Below the pieces are notes generated by a model. It ran no database searches. It was not told where the DNA came from and saw only the letters and a list, made by a program, of their open reading frames with translations. 64,000 nt of DNA from an uncultured Thermoleophilia bacterium. GTDB lineage: Bacteria > Actinomycetota > Thermoleophilia > RBG-16-64-13. Shown here piece by piece: positions 58,957 to 64,000 of this stretch. The translations under genes were made by a program, and so were the position numbers. The stretch lies in the NCBI GenBank assembly GCA_963749535.1, contig CAVVNF010000014.1, forward strand, positions 112,878 to 176,877. The letters run 5' to 3'. Within the stretch, counting starts at the first letter, position 1. The number at the start of each line of letters is the position of its first letter.

Positions 58957-59205
58957 GTGAATCTCACCCTTGTTGCACATGCCGGTCTGCTCGGTCCGCC
59001 CGCTGAGGCCAAGACCCGGTTCTCCGAGCGCCGCCATCTGGAGTTCGAGTCGACTGAGGTCAGCGTGGCGACGGTTCTCGAGCAGGTCGGTCTGGACCGA
59101 GACGCCGTGGGAGTCATGCTGGTCGAGGGAGAACCCGTGGGCATCGACGATCTGCTGGCCGACGGCGCGCAGTTGGACCTGTACCCATTCTTCGGCGGTG
59201 GATGA
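58957..59205 (+). CDS. small ubiquitin-like (ThiS/MoaD/Mut7-C-type beta-grasp) protein ending in Gly-Gly-Gly
   Basis: 82 aa with GTG start 21 nt after the SDR stop. C-terminal half VATVLEQVGLDRDAVGVMLVEGEPVGIDDLLADGAQLDLYPFFGGG-stop. Confidence 0.45.
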   Translation: MNLTLVAHAGLLGPPAEAKTRFSERRHLEFESTEVSVATVLEQVGLDRDAVGVMLVEGEPVGIDDLLADGAQLDLYPFFGGG

Positions 59206-59313
59206 GCGGCGGGCTCGCCGATCCTCGGTGAGCCGGCTCGCGGCGAGCAGGGGCGCGCCCACGACGCCCTGAATGCGTCGTTGAAGTGCGCCCTGTCCGG
59301 CCCTCGGGCTTTG

Positions 59314-59342
59314 TTGAAATGCCTCTGCCCTTCGGGTATCAT
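59314..59342 (+). promoter_or_regulatory. Sigma70-type promoter TTGAAA-17-TATCAT upstream of the tRNA cluster
   Basis: TTGAAA at 59314-59319 and TATCAT at 59337-59342, 30 nt before tRNA-Tyr. Confidence 0.5.
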
Positions 59343-59372
59343 CCGAGTTCGCCTCGGCGCGGCTTCGCGTGT

Positions 59373-59457
<85 letters not shown>

Positions 59458-59512
59458 TCACAGCAGGCCGGTGTTCGAAGGCGATGGCAGTCGAATGGCG
59501 GCTGTCGGATGG

Positions 59513-59585
59513 GCCTCCATAGCTCAGTTGGCAGAGCACTTCCATGGTAAGGAAGGGGTCTTCGGTTCAAATCCGAATGGGGGCT
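59513..59585 (+). tRNA. tRNA-Thr (anticodon GGT)
   Basis: Acceptor GCCTCCA/TGGGGGC, D arm GCTC..GAGC, anticodon stem CTTCC/GGAAG with loop ATGGTAA, T arm TTCGG-TTCAAAT-CCGAA. Confidence 0.9.
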
Positions 59586-59595
59586 TATGGTCCGT

Positions 59596-59669
59596 GGCGG
59601 CGTAGCTCAGCTGGTCAGAGCAGCGGAATCATAATCCGCGTGTCGGAGGTTCGAGTCCCCCCGCCGCTA
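59596..59669 (+). tRNA. tRNA-Met, elongator type (anticodon CAT)
   Basis: Acceptor GGCGGCG/CGCCGCT (G1-U72), anticodon stem GCGGA/TCCGC with loop ATCATAA, T arm GGAGG-TTCGAGT-CCCCC (one A-C mismatch). Confidence 0.8.
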
Positions 59670-59720
59670 CCTGTTTGTGGTAGCATTCTTGGGCTATTTT
59701 GACGAGGAAGTGGTGAAGTA

Positions 59721-59870
59721 ATGCGCGTACGAGTGACCATGGCTTGCCAAGAGTGCAAGCGGCGTAATTACAATACGATGAAGAACAAGCGGAACGATCC
59801 GGAGCGTATCGAGTTGCGCAAATACTGCAAGTGGTGTGACATGGTCACGCTTCACAAAGAGACCAAGTAA
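59721..59870 (+). CDS. rpmG: 50S ribosomal protein L33
   Basis: Hand translation gives [49 protein letters not shown] (49 aa; CxxC..CxxC). It is below the ORF-track size cut-off. Position between tRNA-Met and tRNA-Trp is the classic arrangement. Confidence 0.9.
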   Translation: MRVRVTMACQECKRRNYNTMKNKRNDPERIELRKYCKWCDMVTLHKETK

Positions 59871-59883
59871 GTAGGGTGGGCGC

Positions 59884-59959
59884 AGGGCAGTAGCTCCAAC
59901 GGTAGAGCGCCGGTCTCCAAAACCGGTTGTTGGGGGTTCGAATCCCTCCTGCCCTGCCA
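59884..59959 (+). tRNA. tRNA-Trp (anticodon CCA), CCA encoded
   Basis: Acceptor AGGGCAG/CTGCCCT, anticodon stem CCGGT/ACCGG with loop CTCCAAA, T arm GGGGG-TTCGAAT-CCCTC, GCCA end. Confidence 0.9.
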
Positions 59960-59991
59960 ACTTTCCCTTCAAGAGGAAAGAGAAGCAGGCG

Positions 59992-60312
59992 ATGGCGAAG
60001 AGCGTAAGTGACAAAGGGAGTAAGTCTTCGGCGAAGTCGTCGGGAGTACTCAAGGGCGCCATTTCCCGCCCCGCTGCGTCCGTACGCCCCAGCTCGGCCC
60101 CTAGGGGTACTGTGAGCGCTAAGCCGGTCGGCCGGACGCGCGAGTTCTTGCGCGAAGTTCGCATAGAAATGACCAAGGTCACGTGGCCGCCGCGTAGGGA
60201 ACTGCTGCAGGCCACTGGGGTGGTTATCATCGCGTGCGTCATCGCCGCCGCCTACATCGGTCTGTTCGACTATATCTGGACCGTCATCGTCAAAGCCGCG
60301 GGGCTGGGGTAA
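59992..60312 (+). CDS. secE: preprotein translocase subunit SecE
   Basis: A basic/Ser-rich N-terminal extension is followed by FLREVRIEMTKVTWPPRRELLQATGVVII, a single TM helix. Directly precedes nusG. Confidence 0.9.
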   Translation: MAKSVSDKGSKSSAKSSGVLKGAISRPAASVRPSSAPRGTVSAKPVGRTREFLREVRIEMTKVTWPPRRELLQATGVVIIACVIAAAYIGLFDYIWTVIVKAAGLG

Positions 60313-60357
60313 CCCACGAACGCCGCCGGTCCATCATTTTCAGGAGCAACGCTTTCT

Positions 60358-60882
60358 ATGGATTCCAAGTGGTATGTCATCAACACGTACTCGGGGCACG
60401 AGAACAAAGCTCGGGCTAACTTGGAGCACCGTATCCAATCGATGAACCAGACCGAGTACTTCGACGAGATCGTGGTCCCAACCGAGCAGGTGGTCGAGAC
60501 CAAGGGCGGCGAAAAGGTGCAGGTGGAGAAACGGATCTTCCCGGGTTACCTGCTCGTGAGGATGATCCTTACCGACGACTCCTGGTCCTTGGTCAAGAAC
60601 ACCCCTGGGGTCACCGGTTTTGTGGGTTCTGAGAACAAGCCCACCCCGTTGATGCCGTCGGAGGTGGATCGCATCCTCCATACGTCCACGGTCGAGAAGC
60701 CCAAGGCCAAAGCGGAGTTCGTGGTGGGTGACCAGGTGCGCGTGGTGAGCGGACCGCTCACCGACTTCACCGGCGAGGTGTCGGAAGTCAATGTCGAGCA
60801 GAGCAAGCTCAAGGTGATGGTGTCCATATTCGGGCGGGATACTCCCACCGAGCTGGGCTTCGAACAGGTCAAGAAGATATAG
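60358..60882 (+). CDS. nusG: transcription termination/antitermination factor NusG
   Basis: Motifs: [23 protein letters not shown], and KOW motif [18 protein letters not shown]. Confidence 0.95.
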   Translation: MDSKWYVINTYSGHENKARANLEHRIQSMNQTEYFDEIVVPTEQVVETKGGEKVQVEKRIFPGYLLVRMILTDDSWSLVKNTPGVTGFVGSENKPTPLMPSEVDRILHTSTVEKPKAKAEFVVGDQVRVVSGPLTDFTGEVSEVNVEQSKLKVMVSIFGRDTPTELGFEQVKKI

Positions 60883-60904
60883 CGATAGAGGACGGAGAGC
60901 TAAG

Positions 60905-61327
60905 GTGGCCAAGAAGGTTCGGGCGATAGTAAAGCTGCAGATAGTCGGGGGGAAAGCAAGCCCGGCTCCCCCGGTAGGCCCTGCGCTGGGTCAGCATGGT
61001 GTCAACATCATGGAATTCTGCAAAGCGTACAACGCGGCGACCCAAGACCGGATCGACCAAGTAGTGCCGGTCGAGATCACCGTCTTCGAGGACCGCTCGT
61101 TCACGTACGTCCTAAAGACGGCTCCCGCAGCAGTCCTCATCCGCCAAGCGGCGGGCATCGCGAAGGGTTCCAAGAGCCCGCGCAAGGAGAAGGTCGGCAA
61201 GATCAGCCAGGATCAGCTTCGCCAGATAGCGGAAGTAAAGATGCCAGACCTCAACGCCAACGACATCGATGCGGCCATGCGCATCCTAGCCGGTACCGCC
61301 CGGAGCATGGGTGTCACTGTGGAGTAG
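60905..61327 (+). CDS. rplK: 50S ribosomal protein L11
   Basis: Motifs: [37 protein letters not shown] start. Confidence 0.95.
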   Translation: MAKKVRAIVKLQIVGGKASPAPPVGPALGQHGVNIMEFCKAYNAATQDRIDQVVPVEITVFEDRSFTYVLKTAPAAVLIRQAAGIAKGSKSPRKEKVGKISQDQLRQIAEVKMPDLNANDIDAAMRILAGTARSMGVTVE

Positions 61328-61460
61328 GCTTTCCTCGGCGCGAGCCGTCGAATGGCGCGGCGCCGGCGAAAGCAGTGCAAGAATGAATAAGGTCCGCACG
61401 AAACGCGGGCATGAGCGGTGGGAGGGCGTCTGGCCCGATTGACCACCAGGAGGCATCGAC

Positions 61461-62174
61461 ATGAGTAGGGATTCCAAGCGCTTCAAGGAAGCGAAGCGCG
61501 CCGTCGAACCGGGCCGGGTTTACACCCCGCTGGAAGCTGCCAAGCTTCTCAAGTCGCTCGAAACGGCCAACTTCGACGAGACCGTCGAAATCCACATGAA
61601 GCTCGGCGTCAATCCAAGGCATGCGGATCAACTGGTGCGCGGCACCCTCATGCTCCCTCACGGCACAGGCAAGACCATCCGCGTGGCAGTGTTCGCCAAA
61701 GGTGAGAAGGTCACGGAGGCCGAAGAGGCCGGCGCGGACGTGGTCGGCTCCGAAGACCTCGCGGCTAAGATCGAAGGCGGTTGGCTCGACTTCGACGCGG
61801 CCATCGCCACTCCCGACATGATGGGCGTAGTGGGTAAGCTGGGGCGGGTTCTGGGTCCTCGCGGCCTCATGCCCAACCCGAAGGCCGGCACGGTGACCTT
61901 CGAAGTGGGCAAGGCTGTCAAGGATATGAAAGCCGGCAAGGTGGAATACCGCACCGACAAGTTCGGCGTGGTGCACCTCATCATCGGCAAGAAGTCCTTC
62001 GACGCGGATAAGCTCGTAGCCAATTACAGCGAGATCCTGGGCGAGATCATCCGGGCCAAGCCGGCTGCAGCCAAGGGTAAGTACCTGCGCAGCGTGACCA
62101 TGACCACCACGATGGGTCCCGGCGTGCCTCTCGACACGACCAAGACCCGGGCGCTTCTGGAAGACGAGGGATAG
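61461..62174 (+). CDS. rplA: 50S ribosomal protein L1
   Basis: Motifs: [46 protein letters not shown]. Confidence 0.95.
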   Translation: MSRDSKRFKEAKRAVEPGRVYTPLEAAKLLKSLETANFDETVEIHMKLGVNPRHADQLVRGTLMLPHGTGKTIRVAVFAKGEKVTEAEEAGADVVGSEDLAAKIEGGWLDFDAAIATPDMMGVVGKLGRVLGPRGLMPNPKAGTVTFEVGKAVKDMKAGKVEYRTDKFGVVHLIIGKKSFDADKLVANYSEILGEIIRAKPAAAKGKYLRSVTMTTTMGPGVPLDTTKTRALLEDEG

Positions 62175-62458
62175 CCGGCGCACGGCCGGCAGCGCCGCGC
62201 TTGCGCGCCTGACGTCCGCACCCGGCAGTGTCGCGGCTGGCGTCTCCCGGTAGAGCGAGGTGCGTGTTATACTGACCGGCGCTGATCGCCAAAGACAGCT
62301 GGTGCCGCCGCAGGCGGCATAAGCGGTGAAGGTCAAACGACCGTCCCGCCAGCCGAGGCAGAGTGATAGTGACATAAGGGTCCCGTAGGACCGGCAAAGT
62401 CATCGTCCGTCTCTGTTCTCGGAGATGGACGATTTGTTTTCGAAGGAGGTGAGAGAGT
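62175..62458 (+). promoter_or_regulatory. rplJ 5' leader region (probable L10/L12 autoregulatory leader) with TATACT -10-like box
   Basis: 284-nt structured GC-rich gap between rplA and rplJ. The segment GCCAAAGACAGCTGGTGCCGCCGCAGGCGGCATAAGCGGTGAAGG resembles ribosomal-protein L10 leaders as I recall them. Not verified by a covariance model. Confidence 0.4.
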
Positions 62459-62983
62459 ATGCCCAAACCGGATAAGGTCGCGGCGGTGAAGGAGATCGCC
62501 GAAGCATTGCAGTCGACGGACGTCTATTTCGTTGTCGACTACCGGGGTCTGACGTTCCACGAGGCCACCGATCTCCGTGGCCGCCTTGCGAAGTCCGGCG
62601 CGAGCCTGAGCGTGGTCAAGAACACTCTGGCCAAGATCGCGGCGGCGCAGGTGGGGGTGGAAGGGCTCGACGAGCTGCTGCAAGGCCCCACGGCCATCGC
62701 CTACGTGCACGGCGACGCGGTAAAAGTGGCCAAGACCATCCAGGATTTCATCAAGGAAAAGAAGAAGGCATCCATTCGCGGCGGCAAGCTGCAGCGCTCC
62801 GTGCTCAGCGCTACCGACATAGAGGCCCTGGCGGCCTTGCCGAGTCGCGAACAGCTCTTTGCGAGAGCGCTCGGCGCCATCGCCGGCCCGCTGTACGGTC
62901 TTGCGAACGTCATGAACGGGCCGCTGCGCGGAATGGCAGTCGTGCTCGGGCAGGTACAGGAACAGAAGAGTAAGGCTGCCTAG
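62459..62983 (+). CDS. rplJ: 50S ribosomal protein L10
   Basis: SD GAAGGAGG precedes the start. Motifs: VDYRGLTFHEATDLRGRL, VVKNTL. Confidence 0.95.
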   Translation: MPKPDKVAAVKEIAEALQSTDVYFVVDYRGLTFHEATDLRGRLAKSGASLSVVKNTLAKIAAAQVGVEGLDELLQGPTAIAYVHGDAVKVAKTIQDFIKEKKKASIRGGKLQRSVLSATDIEALAALPSREQLFARALGAIAGPLYGLANVMNGPLRGMAVVLGQVQEQKSKAA

Positions 62984-63044
62984 GCAACGAGGGCGGCGAG
63001 TCGTGCGAGTAGTGGGAACATGTTCCCGGAAGGAGTGAGGCGCT

Positions 63045-63422
63045 ATGACACCTCAAGAGGTTCTAGAAGAAGTCAAGAAGTGGACCGTGATGGAACTGGC
63101 CGACTTCGTCAAGCTCGTGGAGACCGAGTTCGGCGTTAGCGCCGCCATGCCGATGGCAGCGGCCGCGGCCCCCGCCGCCGGCGGCGCCGCGGCGGTCGAG
63201 GAGGAAGAGCAGACCGAATTCGACGTCATCCTCAAGGAAGCCGGCGAGAAGAAGATCCAGGTGATCAAGGTTGTGCGTGCGATCACCGGCCTGGGTCTCA
63301 AGGAGGCCAAAGACCTGGTAGACGGCGCTCCGAACCCGGTCAAGCAAGCTATCGCCAAGAACGAAGCCGAAGACATCAAGAAACAGCTTGAAGAAGTCGG
63401 CGCGGTTATCGAGGTAAAATAG
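63045..63422 (+). CDS. rplL: 50S ribosomal protein L7/L12
   Basis: N-terminal dimerisation helix, Ala-rich hinge, [35 protein letters not shown]. Confidence 0.95.
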   Translation: MTPQEVLEEVKKWTVMELADFVKLVETEFGVSAAMPMAAAAAPAAGGAAAVEEEEQTEFDVILKEAGEKKIQVIKVVRAITGLGLKEAKDLVDGAPNPVKQAIAKNEAEDIKKQLEEVGAVIEVK

Positions 63423-63445
63423 CGGTATCTTAGGAGCCGCGTTTG

Positions 63446-63468
63446 GCGGGTCTGCAGGACTGACCCGC
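63446..63468 (+). terminator. Attenuator-type hairpin after rplL
   Basis: GCGGGTC-tgcaggact-GACCCGC, 24 nt after the rplL stop. No T tract. Confidence 0.3.
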
Positions 63469-63529
63469 TCAAGAGCGAAGAACGAGCCTGACTGCGGGAT
63501 CTTCTCTTTCGAGAAGCCCGCGGTCTGGC

Positions 63530-63558
63530 TTGTTGCGCGCGCGCGTGCATGTTAGCAT
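63530..63558 (+). promoter_or_regulatory. Promoter-like TTGTTG-17-(TGt)TAGCAT upstream of rpoB
   Basis: TTGTTG at 63530-63535, TG at 63550-63551, TAGCAT at 63553-63558. Confidence 0.35.
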
Positions 63559-63614
63559 ACAAGTTTGCGCGTCGACCCCTGTGCAAAACCCTGCTATGTG
63601 AGGAGTGATCCCGT

Positions 63615-64000
63615 TTGGACGCAAGGAAGACTCCCAGACCGCGTAAATCCTTCTCCAAGTTATCGCAAATCCTTGACGTTCCCAACCTCATTGCAGTCCA
63701 GACCGAATCGTTCGAATGGTTCAGGACCAAGGGACTTCGGGAGACGATCGATGACATAAACCCCATCGAGGACTACACCGGCAACTATGCTGTCGAGTTC
63801 GGGGATTATCAGTTCTACGAACCGCCGCTCTCCCTAAAAGAGTGCCGCGACAAGGACCAGACCTACGCGGCCCCCCTGTTCATCACGGTCCGCTTCGTGA
63901 ACCGTGAGACCGGGGAGATCAGGGAACAGAACGTCTTCATGGGCGACTTCCCGATGATGACCGAGCAGGGGACGTTTATCATAAACGGCACGGAGCGGGT
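63615..64000 (+). CDS. rpoB: DNA-directed RNA polymerase beta subunit, N-terminal part (runs off the window)
   Basis: TTG 63615 lies 9 nt after AGGAG, following an in-frame TGA at 63606. Sequence: [72 protein letters not shown]. Confidence 0.9.
   Translation, partial: [128 protein letters not shown]

Noticed and set aside
61314-62375. 353-aa minus-strand ORF over rplA
   Set aside because: It is antisense to an unmistakable ribosomal protein L1 gene and the rplJ leader.

Overview
This is a GC-rich bacterial chromosome segment (roughly 60-65 percent GC by eye, not computed) with Actinomycetota-like core synteny. The 5' core block is topA (3' part), tmk, holB, ricT and tRNA-Thr(CGT). The 3' core block is tRNA-Tyr, tRNA-Thr(GGT), tRNA-Met, rpmG, tRNA-Trp, secE, nusG, rplK, rplA, rplJ, rplL and rpoB (5' part). 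Between the two blocks (about 4.6-59.3 kb) lies a regulator-rich accessory region, and most of its genes look catabolic. It contains: (1) a 2.5-kb lower-GC island remnant next to tRNA-Thr, closed by a direct repeat of the tRNA 3' half; (2) an IclR-linked beta-keto-acid-cleavage module (HAD-like dehydrogenase, BKACE/DUF849, SDR, thiolase); (3) four molybdopterin (DMSO-reductase-family) enzyme loci with no Tat signal, two of them PsrABC-like with NrfD-type membrane subunits and two of the pyrogallol-phloroglucinol transhydroxylase type; (4) canonical sucCD; (5) two paralogous orphan Tat-lipoprotein solute-binding proteins; (6) a GT39 glycosyltransferase; and (7) three modules each headed by a paralogous TetR. 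The TetR modules are: MoaD-like protein plus Mo enzyme ABC; SBP plus CocE/NonD hydrolase, ferredoxin, SdhA/AprA-like flavoprotein and a second CocE/NonD hydrolase; and beta-hydroxyacid dehydrogenase, SCS-like acid-CoA ligase pair, CitE-like lyase, M24 creatinase-like hydrolase, SDR and a GG-terminated ubiquitin-like protein. My overall reading, which is inference, is an anaerobic polyphenol/trihydroxybenzene catabolic supercluster assembled from duplicated modules. The sequence carries about 35 apparent frameshifts. About 30 of them fall in the first 22 kb and they include holB and topA, so indel errors in the assembly are the most likely cause; frameshifted genes are reported here as single features. 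I found no rRNA, CRISPR array, transposase or integrase.
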